A stretch of DNA of 64,000 nt from Lingula anatina (Eukaryota; Animalia; Brachiopoda), in NCBI GenBank assembly GCA_051362555.1, contig CM120643.1, positions 14,854,644 to 14,918,643 on the forward strand, given 5' to 3'. Position 1 is the stretch's first letter. Each line of letters opens with the position of its first letter. Both the position numbers and the translations under genes were made by a program. Below the pieces are notes generated by a model. That model was given only the letters and a program-made list of their open reading frames with translations, was not told the origin of the DNA and ran no database searches. Positions 51,251 through 64,000 of this stretch are shown here, piece by piece.

Positions 51251-51775
51251 TCATGCACTGGGTGCGTTTCGACAAAACAATACCTTGAACTGTGACCTAA
51301 ATTCCGAACCACTGATTAGAAACACCAGTAAGTTGAACACATGGTAGGTCAACTCTGAGATTCTACCGATAAAATACATGTTGAAAACATACCCAGGAAG
51401 GTCTTTCGTATGTACATATGATGTCACAACCATACAAATAACAGAGGTTGTGCACATAATAAGAAAACTAAAAGACGAAGCCAACAAAGACACGGTACTT
51501 ATTATTTCTTTGATCTTGTTCTCATTTCTTCTTCCAGACGTAAGTTCTTTTCGAGATTTTCTTTGAACCCAGACAAAATGTATTATCTTGAAGTTCATCC
51601 CGGTTATGGTGAGTAACATCATGGCTCTTCCTGTGATACGAATTGCTGCTACAATCCCTAAGCGCCTTTGTAACCCTTGTAGGTATTCCCGAGCAACAAA
51701 CACACACGAGGCATCAGTGTAAATTAAACTTGCCAAGGCTACGGCCCCAGATGCTGCTGCTGCGACAAACACCAT
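51251..51775 (-). CDS. Orphan GPCR paralogue B, exon 2 (total 659 aa)
   Basis: ttttcgcag acceptor. MVFVAAAASGAVALASL...FNLLVFLISGSEFRSQF as in paralogue A. TGA stop. Confidence 0.9.
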   Translation of the reverse strand: MVFVAAAASGAVALASLIYTDASCVFVAREYLQGLQRRLGIVAAIRITGRAMMLLTITGMNFKIIHFVWVQRKSRKELTSGRRNENKIKEIISTVSLLASSFSFLIMCTTSVICMVVTSYVHTKDLPGYVFNMYFIGRISELTYHVFNLLVFLISGSEFRSQFKVLFCRNAPSA

Positions 51776-53373
51776 CTGCGAAAATGAAACAAGGCAGCAA
51801 AGTTGTCAAATGTACATACAGAAAGCAGAAAAAGGATGCACAAAATACATTAAGGTCATTTCATCAATTTCGATACAACATATCATTGCTTAACAGCATA
51901 ATAACCAATTTGAAATATAGGCAACATGGACATCAGTATGTTTAAAGATTATCCTCTGAAAATGACAATTTGTGAAAAATGAACATTAAAAAAAAAAAAT
52001 AAAAATAAAAAAAAAAAAAAAGCTTCAAAAAGGGACGTAATAAGGCTGGTTTTCTAAAATCCAGCTGTATTTTAGCCATAAGAAGATTTTCTTTTAGTTA
52101 GAGCATAATTAGGAACATTGATCTCCTTTAATACGGCTTTAGACAGTGCACAAAAAAGGTTATCGTCAATCATTAAGCAATATTTATATTTATGTTATAA
52201 CACAATACTTAAAGATGCTCAATTACAAAAGCCGACCAAATGTCACCAGATATTTTTTTAATAGTATAATACCAAAAGACATCGTTTCATATCACTTGAA
52301 AAATGATATTTGACATGATTTTTCGGCTTGCTTTCCATGCTGTGCGTAAATGGGGCAGATAAGTGGGTTAAGTTCACAACCAAAATTTTAAAGATACAGT
52401 TTAAAACTCTCTAATTGCTGATCGATTACTAGTGATTAATTCAGTTTATCCCTTGGCATGTTAACTTTATTTGAGTCGTATAAGAAACTAATAGAAATGG
52501 TTTATATGTGTTACTGGAATCCATGCCCCACCGTCACTCGGTTCACATGCACCTTTAACAGCAGAATGGCGACTGATTTTTAATTATGTACTACAGGTAA
52601 CATGGACATTCAGAAACTGTAACGAGCATGAGGCTTGGGGTCTCACATTAAAAATGCCAATATGTAAAAATGAACATTTCATTAAAAACCTGCACAAGTT
52701 CATGAAATTTAGTCAAACAAAGATATTTGATCTGTATTTAAGCGCTATAAATCACTTCCGTAAGTTTGAGTTTAATAAGGGCAAATTACTTTGATTGTGT
52801 ATCGTTAGACAGTGCACAAAATTAGTATTTTAGTCAGCTTTGATGCAATTTTACGTAATACTGAACATCATAATCGCCACCAACTTTTTATATATACTGT
52901 TGCTTATATGGATAATGAAAATGTAAATGGCAAAGGGTTTCAGCCCCATTTGTGGGGTTCAAAGTCATTATGTCGGTAATTAAGAAGCATCAGGTACTGA
53001 TTCATGTTAAAAAGATGCGACCTTTGGTACCGAATAGAAAAATTTTAATTTTTAAAAAAGCGTCATCATTTATCCATGGCGGACCCAGGGGGATACAGTG
53101 AGCCACAAACACTGTATTCAAACTCGTTTTCCATCTCTCACCATTGAAGGATTTAATTTTTTAGGATTTCACGTGTGTGTATATGTGTGTATTATAATTT
53201 TTCATTTACTTATTTTTTTACAACTCACAAAGTTAAGAAGTTTCATAAATACATAGATCACTAAAGAGATAAACAAGCCTCGCTTATCATCATCACGCTC
53301 AGTAATACTTTCAGAAATTACAAGAACCTCTTATGAACTTTCCCAATCATAACTTCACAACTAAAGTACGTAC

Positions 53374-54828
53374 CGATCTGAAGAACGTTTTTCTGGAGCA
53401 TATGAAACTGGATTTGAACGGGAAACAGACGAAAAGAAACCTGTCAAGTGTTATGACGAAGATGACAACTGCAGCCCAGTCTGCGGTGAAGAAATCAAAA
53501 ATGCCCATTACGTTGCAGGCGGCTGAGGTAAGCCAGGAGGGATAGCCTGTCTGATTGGCAGTGTTCACAATTGCTATCGATAATTCACTCAACGCCCGAA
53601 GACAGTGCGCTATTCCGAGAGCACACGTCAAGAAGGACTTGGTTTCTGATCTTCCTTTAAGTCTTTTTTCGCCCATTAGAACAACAACAACGAGGATAAT
53701 GTTGCTGAATAAGGACAATGGAATGAGAGCATAAACAGTATACAAATATACACTTAACGTCCTGGTCATATTTTCTGTGACTAAATACATACGCTTGGAC
53801 GACCAGAAAAGGCATTCTTGTATATTGTTTTTTATTGACATTTCTAGAACACGTGGTTTGATGTTCTCCACGTCCATTGGACATACACGCTTTGCTAGTT
53901 GCCACGTGTTATTCAAAACTTGGGGCGAAAGGATATTAGGTCGGATAAGACAAAAATTGACTTTTTCGCTATATCTCTGAAAAATATTTGGTAAATTTTG
54001 AAAATCTTGTCGAAAGCAAAGATATAACTCATTACTGGTTTCTACATTTCCTTGTTTATTTCCGGCCAGGCACTCTTCTTCGTTCAACCCGTACAGCACC
54101 GTGGCCGTGAAAAACTCCTCTGACATCTCAACGATCCCACAATATCCATAATATGTGCTGTTAGAGAACCAAGAGTCAGTCAACATCAAACTGTCTGTCA
54201 GTCTGTTTGAAAACTTCGGAGAGCAATAGTAATATCTGTCTGTGAAAACGGTTTCCATTTCATCTGATAAAGCAGAATCATGATCGCCATGTACTTGTAT
54301 ATCATGGTTTTCTCGCGATGCTTTGATACACACACGTTTGCTTCCAGTAGAGTTAGCAGTAGAGTTATTACCTTGTGTAAGGTAACGGTGACCACTTGAA
54401 GTATTTTTCCCTTCATTATCGCGTTCAGAGACGATTTGAGACAGGTGCTCATGGCCATCTTGTTTCAATTCCTCAATCGTTTTCTTAAAGTCGACAAAAG
54501 TACTTCTTTTTGCGCTGTCACTCAGCTGAGAGCAATTTTCTCTTTCAACTCCCATCAAAACAATAGCCCTGCGCCTGGGGTCCAACATATTTGTGAAATT
54601 AAATAGACACGCCGTGTCCATTGTTTTCAGGGCGACTTCCATAATGTCGATAGGTAAACCTGTTGTTGCTGATATCTGGTCGTGCAACTGCCTTGTAAGG
54701 TTGAAGTGGCATGCGGAGAGGACGTGAATATTTCCCACTCGTCGCGAGACAGGATTCTCACTAAACAAATTTCTGATCTGAAAAAATGAAAGTTGAATAA
54801 TGCAAACAGGAATAATGTAGAACACCAT
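53374..54828 (-). CDS. Orphan class A GPCR paralogue B, exon 1
   Basis: 485 codons, homologous end to end with 40719-42155, with all ectodomain Cys and TLDRFLFVCFPF conserved. GTACGT donor at the same codon position (after FRS). Confidence 0.9.
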
Positions 54829-55209
54829 GGCTTAGCGTTAAGCGCAGTAGGAGATTCTAACTCGCTAAAGAAAGAATATGCAAAACGTGCTTTTTTAAAT
54901 ATGGCATGAATTATTGTAAGAATGACTGCCATTGGCAAATACCATCAACTAATCACAAGCTCCAAGACAGCAATATTCACATACATGAGTATTCATTCGT
55001 CTATCCACGTTTCTACATTTACAAATGTAATAATAATAATAATAATAATAATTTCACAAAAAAAGTTGCACACTAGTTCTTTCGATGATTGGAGATAACA
55101 TATTCAACAAATTAGATTTGAGCTGGCTGACATATTCAACATATAAAGGCTCTCCACTTCTCGTCTTACCCCCTTAGTAAGCAAACGCAACCTATGAAGT
55201 GAACTGCAG

Positions 55210-55348
55210 TGAAGCTCTTCACAGATTCGTATATATTCATAGTCAGTTCTTGCAATGCTTGATCAATCACAAACTGATTACGATTCAACCACGAAACCTG
55301 AAATTTGTCAATTCCTGGGGATTCGTGGGATTCGTGGTCTGTGTGAAA
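55210..55348. mobile_element. Rearranged fragment of the 49111-49689 element
   Basis: 55210-55269 matches ~49540-49600 in reverse. 55273-55348 matches ~49603-49678 forward. Confidence 0.8.
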
Positions 55349-55559
55349 ACAAAATTAAAATGATCTTTGCGAGAAAAGTTAAACAGTGAAATAAGAAACC
55401 CCAATATGCTTATGGATTTTCCTCGATTTTCACAAATCCAATATGTACTTTCCATGTTTATTGTGGTCATGAATGTAAAAAAACATATAAAAAGCTTTAA
55501 ACGTGTTTTATTGTTCTGTCACTGATATTCAAACGTTTAAAAGGACACCTAGTGTGACA

Positions 55560-55731
55560 CCTGGCCCCGGTTTCAAAAAAAAAAAAAAAAAAAAAAAACT
55601 TATGCCAGGTTCCCTGGCTAAGACTTAATTACAAAGGTTACATGATCACATGGGTATTTCTTACCCTATCAGGAGCAGTGTAACAGCACTCTTAAGGAAA
55701 TCCTAGTCAACTAAGCCAGGGAAAAGATTTA

Positions 55732-55779
<48 letters not shown>

Positions 55780-55795
55780 TGAAACCTGGACCTGG
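55560..55795. mobile_element. MITE (Harbinger-like) with complementary poly-A / poly-T tracts inside the TIRs
   Basis: cctggccccggtttca(A)n ctta ... taag(T)n gtgaaacctggacctgg. Confidence 0.75.
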
Positions 55796-56199
55796 TTGGA
55801 TAGAAAAGACATGACATTTACTCTTTTTGAAAATAGAAACTGAAAACAGCTAGTTTATACAGATGATATTTAGGAATGACAGGCCGCGGCGAAAGCTTTG
55901 ATGCAGCTGGTCAAAATTTTTATTTCAAGAGGGTACCATCGGTGTGATTTTTTTCAGAAATCGAAAGAATGGTATGTGAAAACCAAAAGGCCAATTTATA
56001 TCAACTCACTTGTTCGATTCATCAAAATTGCCCGTAAACATATTAAAAATGATGTTTGTTCAACCTGCCATCTCACGTAGAAACACTGCATGGTGCATGT
56101 TTTAACTTTTTTTCTTTGAAGGAAAATAAAACAACCCTTTATCTGTTGCTGGAAGGAGTAAACATATACCCGCATATCTGCAAGAGTAGCAAAATAGCT

Positions 56200-57824
56200 C
56201 AATAGAGGGTACCGGAAGAGACGGATTGTGCCGGAAGTGATGTGTAGTGGTGTAAGACGTAAAGCTGAATGGTCATTTTTAGCTGGAGGTAAATGGGAAT
56301 GAAGACGTGGGCTTATAGAAAAAAAGCATTTATTCTAACAACACGATAAAATAACATTTATCTTTATGCATTTGGGGCAGAGAAAATAATAGGAGCATGA
56401 TATGAAAACGTGTCACGGAACTTAAAGGTGAAAAATCGTGCTTAATAAAGGTTACCGGAAGAGAATAGAATTGTGCCGGAAGTGTGATGTCATGTGACGT
56501 CAAGTGGTGTAAGACGCGAAGCTGAGTGGTCATTTTTAGCTGGGGGTGAACGGGAGTAAAGGCGTGCACTCGGAGAAAAAATCAGTTTTTCCAACAACAT
56601 GGAAGGATAACATTTCTTCTTTACGCATTTTGGGCATACAATACTGGTGGAAATAATAGGTACATGATATGAAAACGGGTCACGGAACTTGAAGGTGCAA
56701 AATCGTGCTCAATTTGCAGTCAATTTGTTTTGAATTATATGCTGCATCGACCGCCAGCACGACAAAGAGCGTCAAGGGGAAAGAATTCCCGGGAAGCTAT
56801 TTTAAATCGTTGTCATGTGGAAGTTTTGCATGTATGCAATGTGTTATGCCCATATCTAAGTATTTTGGGGTGTTTTGTGGTATGTGCTGCAATTATAACG
56901 ATGTTTTAGAGTCTTTGAAGGACCTTCCAAGCAGGCATAGTTGCGTTGGATCAACGTTGAAAACAGGTTGATACGTTGAATTGCCGTTGATCTACCTAAA
57001 TTCAACGTAAAATCAACGTTGATCCAGCCACGTCGAAACACCGTCATAATGTGACGTTGCCTCAACGTTGTATTTTGGTCAATGACACAACCTTGCAGTT
57101 ATGGATTGTAATTTAAAATATTAATTATTGAAAACGTGATACTTTGTTTATCAATACTATAACTAAATTTATCAAAATAATAACAAAATGGTTTTAAAGA
57201 AAATGTGACAGTTGTTTTGTGTCTTTAGTTAACTAGTGAATTTTCTTAGCTTGTTATTCAGAAATACATTCCAAAAAACTGAATTCCTTGCAAGGTCAGC
57301 TAACATTAGGATGAATAAGTTGCTGTAAATATGATGGAATTAACAGTTCTTGGTAACCTGTTATAGATAGACAGGTTGAGGTGACTGTGACTTTGTTATA
57401 TATATATATATATGAGAAAAGAAATATATATTAATCTAAACCTTGGAAATTTTAACTTAAAGGCCATACATTTATACCCTACATATATTTAGCCATCAAA
57501 CATGTCCTACTGCTAAACACATCCAGGCTAATTTCCCGCTGGGTGGGGTTGATATAACATTGTTTTCTGATGTTGATACAACGTTGTTATCTGAGGTTGA
57601 CACAACTTTCAAGTCCAACATTTATTCAATGTCTTCTCAACGTTATGATTCAACGTTGTTTCAACGTTAAAACAACATAATTTGCCCGCTGGGTTGTGAA
57701 AACCAGGAAGTAGTTTGCAACTGACAACTTAACCGTAGCGATCCACGACTTCTTTGCAAAGATGTATCCTTTGTATTGTGACAATTTTTAGATGTTTATT
57801 TGTCCATCTGACATAAAATTCCAC
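56200..57824. repeat. Long dispersed repeat (left copy, with an internal tandem duplication and a 767-bp insertion); inverted copy at 61378-61937
   Basis: 56483-56926 plus 57694-57824 is the reverse complement of 61378-61937. 56200-56445 duplicates 56445-56710. Confidence 0.88.
56927..57693. mobile_element. Non-autonomous CMC/EnSpm-like element with 2-bp TSD (TT) and reiterated caacgttg motifs
   Basis: ccaagcaggca ... tgcccgctggg termini. The empty site is visible in the paralogous repeat at ~61495-61510. Confidence 0.82.
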
Positions 57825-59083
57825 ATGTCTTACAGTCGGTTTCCGGCCTACTTAACCCAGAACGAGGCTCTCATGTAGGACTAGGGTAAAACAATCGGTT
57901 GCACCCATTACTGACAATGTTGAAATGATGAACTTCGATCGTTCAAATCAAACGTACCAGTAAACAATTAATTGTGACAGCCGTTTATTCATCTACACTT
58001 GGGTATTTAGCGTAAGTCCAGGGCCATCAGGAGGATTTGCTAGAGGTGATGGTGATTTTATCAGCAATAATACCAACACTTCTCCAACGGGCTGCAATTT
58101 ACACCAGATACATGTTGTAATAGGCATTTCTTTTATTGTCTGTATCGTAAAAATCACCAATAACTTACAAGTTTTTATCTTTAGTTTTCATAACTGGAAA
58201 TAATTTGAAAAACAGCAATAATGCTCTTTAAATGTTCTACTTTTCTTTATTTTTGAATAAAAGCCTCACTTAAATCTTTATAAGTTGTCAAAATCTAAAA
58301 ATCTTTTTTGACTCTCATGCTAAATGAAGTTCATGGTGTCTTTTTTCATAAAATAATATACATTTATAAGGTAGTGATTTCATTTCCATTTTACAAACAT
58401 CAGACTCAATATCACAATACAAAGTATGATCTATAAAAATCCGAATTGAATGCATATTTAACCGTCATAAATCACAATAAAACTTGTTGACATTAAATTT
58501 ACATTTTATTTCTATCTATGAGGTATGTAAGAAAGGAGTTATAAAATTCCTTGGCGTACGCTGTAAAGATGCATTCTTAATAAACATGTGTACAGTAAAA
58601 ATGAATTGGAATTTCTATGATATAAAACCTGTAAGCAAATATAACAGTAATGTCCAAAGGATAAAAACACTGAATCCGTAACAAAAATTTGATTGCTGAG
58701 TGTTTTTTTTTTATATTTGCTGTAAACTTGAGCATGAGTTAATAGATTTTACCCAGCAAACAGTTCCACCCGCTTGTTTCTTCCAGTTCATTTGTGCATT
58801 GATAGCCTTTCTTGCGTTCTATCCTCTGGTTGAAAGTGGGCAACATCACAAAGAGAAAGTATTAGTTATCTGTTCCAATAGCACATTATTGCCATTAATG
58901 CACTTTATAGTACAATAATTAAATGATTTATTGAGTATTTAATTTTTTTATTCCTGTCCATGTTCTCAATTAATTCTGTCCGCGGCTACATGGGTATTCA
59001 AAAATTACTAGAAAAAATTGTTCAAATTCTCAAAATGGCATGTACTTTTAGTAATAACAAAGCCAATGCAACTCTTTACCTGG

Positions 59084-59132
<49 letters not shown>

Positions 59133-59179
59133 AGAACTGTCATTGCAGCTCAAGGCCTTGTCAACAGTTCTTTGGCCAA

Positions 59180-59846
59180 AATAGCTTTAAAAACCGCGGA
59201 TGAAAATTTATGGAAAATTAAGATGTGGGACGACAAAAAGTGCACAAATGGCAATAAACTACGAACATATAGAACATTTAAATGTGAACTTGTGACAGAA
59301 TCTTACTTGCATAATAACTATCTGACTAGAGCACAACGACGGACTTTTGCTTCACTCCGCTGTGGAAGCGCACCCCTCAGAGTGGAAACCGGGCGTTACT
59401 CTAATACACCACTAAAAGAGCGCATATATGCGTTTATTGTTCTTCTAAAGAAATAGAGAGTGAGAAACATTTTTTAATTAACTGCGAGCTCTATAAAGAC
59501 GTCAGAGAAGACCTTTTTAGCCATGCAAATCAAATAGACGAATATTTTAATGTTTTTAATGACTATGAAAAGTTTATATTTCTTATGCGAAACGACCAAA
59601 TACAATTTTATACAGAGATCAAAAGTACACACAATGATGTAGAAAAGAAGCAAAGCTAACAACAAAGAGAGACTTTGAAAAGTTTTATTTATAATATTCT
59701 TTTTATGTGTTTCATTGATAAGTAACAATTTTAATGAACTTTTATTAATTTTAAATGTAGTAACACAGGTTTTAGTCTCTCATAACCCTTATTAGGGTGG
59801 CTTTTATTTATTTAAAACGTGAGACGTTAATAAAATTATTATTATT
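59180..59846 (+). mobile_element. 5'-truncated LINE 3' end (RTE-X-like C-terminal region)
   Basis: NKLRTYRTFK...ESYL...ASLRCGSAPLRVETGRY..PLKERI, then frameshifted C..EIESEKHFLINCELY (CCHC-type finger), AATAAA and an (ATT)n tail. Confidence 0.82.
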
Positions 59847-60097
59847 ATCAGGCCTACCCAACTACCAGACTACCATTACACAGTATCAGACGCGACACCG
59901 CTCTTGCCTAGTACGCGATGTGATAGTGACGATTCTCAGCGGGGTTGAAAAGCATTGCATCACCACTCAAAATTTGTTCAGGGTATGACACTGTGTGATG
60001 CAATCTGACACACACCTTGAAAACGGGAAGTGTGGTCTGATCTACCGGTGAATTCTGGATCATTCGGTGCCGAGTCTGGTAGTTGGGTAGGCCTGAT
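59847..60097. mobile_element. MITE inserted in the LINE (ATT)n tail
   Basis: Perfect 25-bp TIR atcaggcctacccaactaccagact / agtctggtagttgggtaggcctgat, with tatt on both flanks. Confidence 0.88.
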
Positions 60098-61377
60098 TAT
60101 TATATTATTAAATATAATTACAGTGTAAGAACGGTGCATTTCAATCGCTGATAAATTCGGCATCAGTGCTAGAAAAGGTCTTTGGTGGCCATTTCCTGAC
60201 ACTGAATACCTATGTTGATATAATTAAACAGTTGTCAGGTTTTATTATCTACCGGTGTGAGAGATACAGACGATCAAATTTCATCATTTTAACATTGAGA
60301 GTAATGGAGCTTACTGATTGTTTTGCCCTAGTCCGGGCGTGGCGGCTATCTTGTGACGTCATGCCGACTGGGAAATATGATCACACTAATACACCTATTA
60401 CATGAGGTATACAGTAATCAGTGACAAAAGCCAAGACAGAGGTGACATTCTGAGAGCCTCTTATCTGAGCTAAAAATTACAATTACTGGATTGGCATTTA
60501 ATGGTATTTTACAGCAAATTACCTGTCAAAATGGTCTTGACTTGCACTTTGGTTGCTATTCAGTGGCTTATGGGTAATTAATTGTTCATTATAAATTATG
60601 TTACTTTTAATTTTATGTTGGCTCCTAAGAGCTAAAGAAAACAAAACAAAAATAAATAAATAAATAAAACAAAAATAAATACATTACACCTAGTTCCTTT
60701 CAAGTTGATTTAGATAAAGTAAGTTTATAATCTAATAATATGAAAAATAAATAATGTGCTCTTGGTAAAGCAACAATATTAAACACAGAATGATGCAAAA
60801 AGTGAGTACTAGTAATCATGTTCTGACTAAGATTTTTGTGAGATCAATGTACAAGTAGAAGGAGCTCTGTCATTTTGGACAATGCCAGAATATCAGTTTC
60901 TGGGTTTCTCACCTTGCTGCAAGGGCACTGCTCGATTTCACTAGACATTTCCACACTATTTCACTTTTAAAATCTTAATAGCATAGAAAGAAAAATGTAC
61001 AATAAAATGTGATGCATTCATCGGACAAGTATAACATTTCAATGGTGAAAGTAAGCTTTTCACTGATAAGATCTTCTCAAAAAGATGAAAAGAGAATTCA
61101 GGTGAGCCGATCACAAAGCTGACAGGTAATTACGACTAGCTTAAGTTTTTAATATACAGTACTCAGTTGGAAAAGCGCTTCTGACAGGTAGATAAGATAC
61201 AACATGACCAGTTTCTCAAGCAATTGATTGCCAGCCTTAGGCAATTGATGGCCAGTCTCTTTTGCTTGTGATTGTTTTAGCTCGGATTAGAGGCTGTTAG
61301 AACATCACCCTTTTCTTGGCATTTGTCACTGATTAGTGCCTACCCCGTTATAATAGGTGAATGAGTGTGATTATATG

Positions 61378-61937
61378 TGTGGAATTCCATGGCAGATGGA
61401 CAAATAAACATATAAAAATTGTCACAATGGTACATCTTTGAACAGCAGTCGTGGATCGGTACGGTTCAGTTGTCAGTTGCGAACTACTTCCTGTTTTCAC
61501 AAAGTCCTTCAAAGACTCTTAAACATCGTTATAATTGCAGCACATACCACAAAACACCCCAAAATACTTAGATATGGGCATAACACATTGCATACATGCA
61601 AAACTTCCACATGACAACGATTAATAGCCTCCCAGGAATTCTTTTCCCTTGACGCACTTCTTCTCCCTTGTCGTGCTGACGGTCGATGCAGCATATGTTT
61701 CAAAACAAATTGACTGCAAATTGAGCACGATTTTAAACCTTCAAGTTCCATGACCCGTTTTTATATCATGCACCTATTATTTCCACAAGTTTTCTCTGCC
61801 CAAAATGCGTAAAGAAGAAATGTTATCTTACCATGTTGTTGGAAAAACTGATTTTTTTCTCCGAGTGCACGCCTTTACTCCCGTTCACCCCCAGCTAAAA
61901 ATGACCACTCGATCAGCTTGACGTCACATGACATCAC
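61378..61937. repeat. Right, inverted, uninterrupted copy of the 56483-57824 repeat
   Basis: Block-by-block reverse-complement match. Confidence 0.88.
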
Positions 61938-62483
61938 GTGAATTATGTGAAGGAAGGGTACAGTTTTTTCTTAAATGACAGGCCTCGGATGCGAAACCGA
62001 CCCTTTAGTGTGGGGTTCAGTTTTGTCTAGGGCAGTTGGTGCCATCTAGTGCAGTTTAGAACTATGATTCAGTTCTTCAAAATTCTAATATCAAGAGGGG
62101 AATATTGGTGTGATTTTTTCCAGAAACAGAAGGGGGTGGGGGTCAAAATTTGTAAAATACAGGTTTCCCCAATTCAGATGTTCCTACAACATTATTTTCT
62201 AAAATGTAATGTTTTAAGATGATTGTTCAGGTATCTAAATATATCTGTAAAAAAAAAAGACGAAAAAAGACAACGTCATTTCATTTGGATTTGTCACATT
62301 TCTCAAAAGCATGTTTATTTACATTGGAGCTTTTTGGTGCTAACTAGTAAGACAAAGAATTCTCAGCGAAATCAATATAAAAACATTCTTTTGATGTGTA
62401 CAATATAACTTAGGCATTTGGTCAAATTTTATTAAATATAACTGTACAGTTATTGATTTATTATCTTACCTCTTTACACGTCT

Positions 62484-62507
62484 TTGTTTCCCGACACTTT
62501 TTCTAAT

Positions 62508-62591
<84 letters not shown>

Positions 62592-62703
62592 CTGGCTAAG
62601 ACGTGGCGACGTTTTCAAATAGGGTCTATTAGCACTTAGAAAAAGTGTCGGGATATATATATATATATATATATTCGCTCTTAGAAAAAGTGTCGGGAAA
62701 CAC
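62484..62703. mobile_element. Small TIR element with internal (TA)n arrays and a duplicated right TIR
   Basis: tttcccgacactttttctaa / ttagaaaaagtgtcgggaaa (twice), separated by (TA)n tracts. Confidence 0.7.
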
Positions 62704-64000
62704 ACATATAAAGACTAGGAACCGAACAAATTAGTCTGTTCTCTCCATTTTAATTTAAAAAGTCCCTACAGCTGTTTCGGCCCGGAGGCTCTGATTATAA
62801 ACGGTCGTATGTGTTGTTTCTCAAACAATTTTTATTTTCTTCAGGGGATTTCAACTAAAAGTATATCTTTGGAAATCATCATAATATGCATTTAACAGTA
62901 GCTTGAAACCATTATAATAATAATAAATTATAAATAACTATATCCTCAATGGGCAAAATGTAAAGTGTGAAAAAAGATTGGGACCTAGCACGGAAACGAG
63001 TGACACACCTTAAAATATGTAGTTTGCCTGACTTGAAAACAGATTCTACAGAATACCAGAATATCTCGAATTAACGCTGGTCAAAATTCACATTAAAGGT
63101 AACGTGTTTGATCATCACGCTTTGCCGGGAAAAAAGAAAAAATTACTCATCATCTACAAAGGATAACAATTATTAATTGGCCAGACACGTAGAAGGTGGT
63201 TAAAGGTGTACCATGAGAATCCGATATTTATACAGCAAACAGGAATTTTCCTAAAAATTTCTGAAATCATTCCGTATCCATATCTTCAACGTATACCCTA
63301 TCCAAAACCGTTGAGGAAATCACGATCTACTGCTTTAAACCGTTTATGAGTTATTGGGTTCAAAATTTTTAATAAAATCCAGAGAAGAAAACTTATTACT
63401 TGCGTGACGCTAGACAAGTACGAATAAAAAAAGAATATATGCATTTTGATATTTAAAGCATCACTTACAGTCGTGACTTCTTTTTTATACTTCAGTACAA
63501 TACACGTCACGTAACAAACAGGATGTGGAATATAATGTAGGCTATTGTCCAAATCTTTTCATCTGACAGGAATTAACTTCCATAGATCTATGATGACGAC
63601 ACGCAAAACTTTTGGTCCAGTACTTGTTGAAATCACGGAAAGTATCAAGTTTCATACAAGTGACCTATACCTGGCTGTCAATCATCTGCAACTCTACAAC
63701 ATTGGCCAAAAAGATTGTCCCACCCAAGCTCCATGTGCTTTTGTTTACAAATGACCACACCTCACAGGTTTACATTGCTGTAAACAATGCTCCTACCTGA
63801 TTAATCGTTCAGAAAATACAAAATAGCATTGAAAATAGGCTATCTATATTTTATAACATTAATTCAGATTTGAAGTGTCCACCCCCTCAAATCCGGTGTT
63901 TCACTGTGATTTGCACAGAGGCAAAGAAATGTGTGTTAAATTATAAAAAGACATCGCCAAAAATCACCACATTTACACAAAGTTAGCATAAGGATGTGCT

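Noticed and set aside
58866-58890. ctgttccaatagcacatta resembling the GPCR ectodomain at ~41368
   Set aside because: Too short, with no flanking homology; compatible with chance.
58960-59203. Poly-Lys ORFs
   Set aside because: Translations of a poly-A run.

Overview
This is an AT-rich, intron- and repeat-rich animal (invertebrate-like) genomic window. I see no prokaryotic features, RNA genes or CRISPR arrays. There are three spliced protein-coding genes. (1) A 4-exon RGK-family (Rad/Gem/Rem-like) small GTPase on +, join 3669-4386, 8388-8497, 18292-18469, 24149-24441 (432 aa). Its P-loop and G3 box are degenerate and it lacks the canonical RGK C-terminal motif. (2, 3) A convergent pair of paralogous 2-exon class-A-type 7TM receptors (+ 40719-42155/43119-43646, 654 aa; - 54828-53374/51775-51251, 659 aa). 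Each has a long (~330 aa) ectodomain with 11 conserved Cys that I cannot assign to a known domain, and both lack several activation microswitches. Two decayed fragments of further paralogues lie between them. The remainder is many non-autonomous DNA elements (Harbinger-, Kolobok-, EnSpm-, Ginger- and Helentron-like), 5'-truncated LINE tails, a BEL/Pao relic, a ~120-bp minisatellite and microsatellites. The best candidates for novelty are the Cys-rich-ectodomain GPCR family and the putative pseudo-GTPase RGK. All family calls are by motif recognition; no searches were run.
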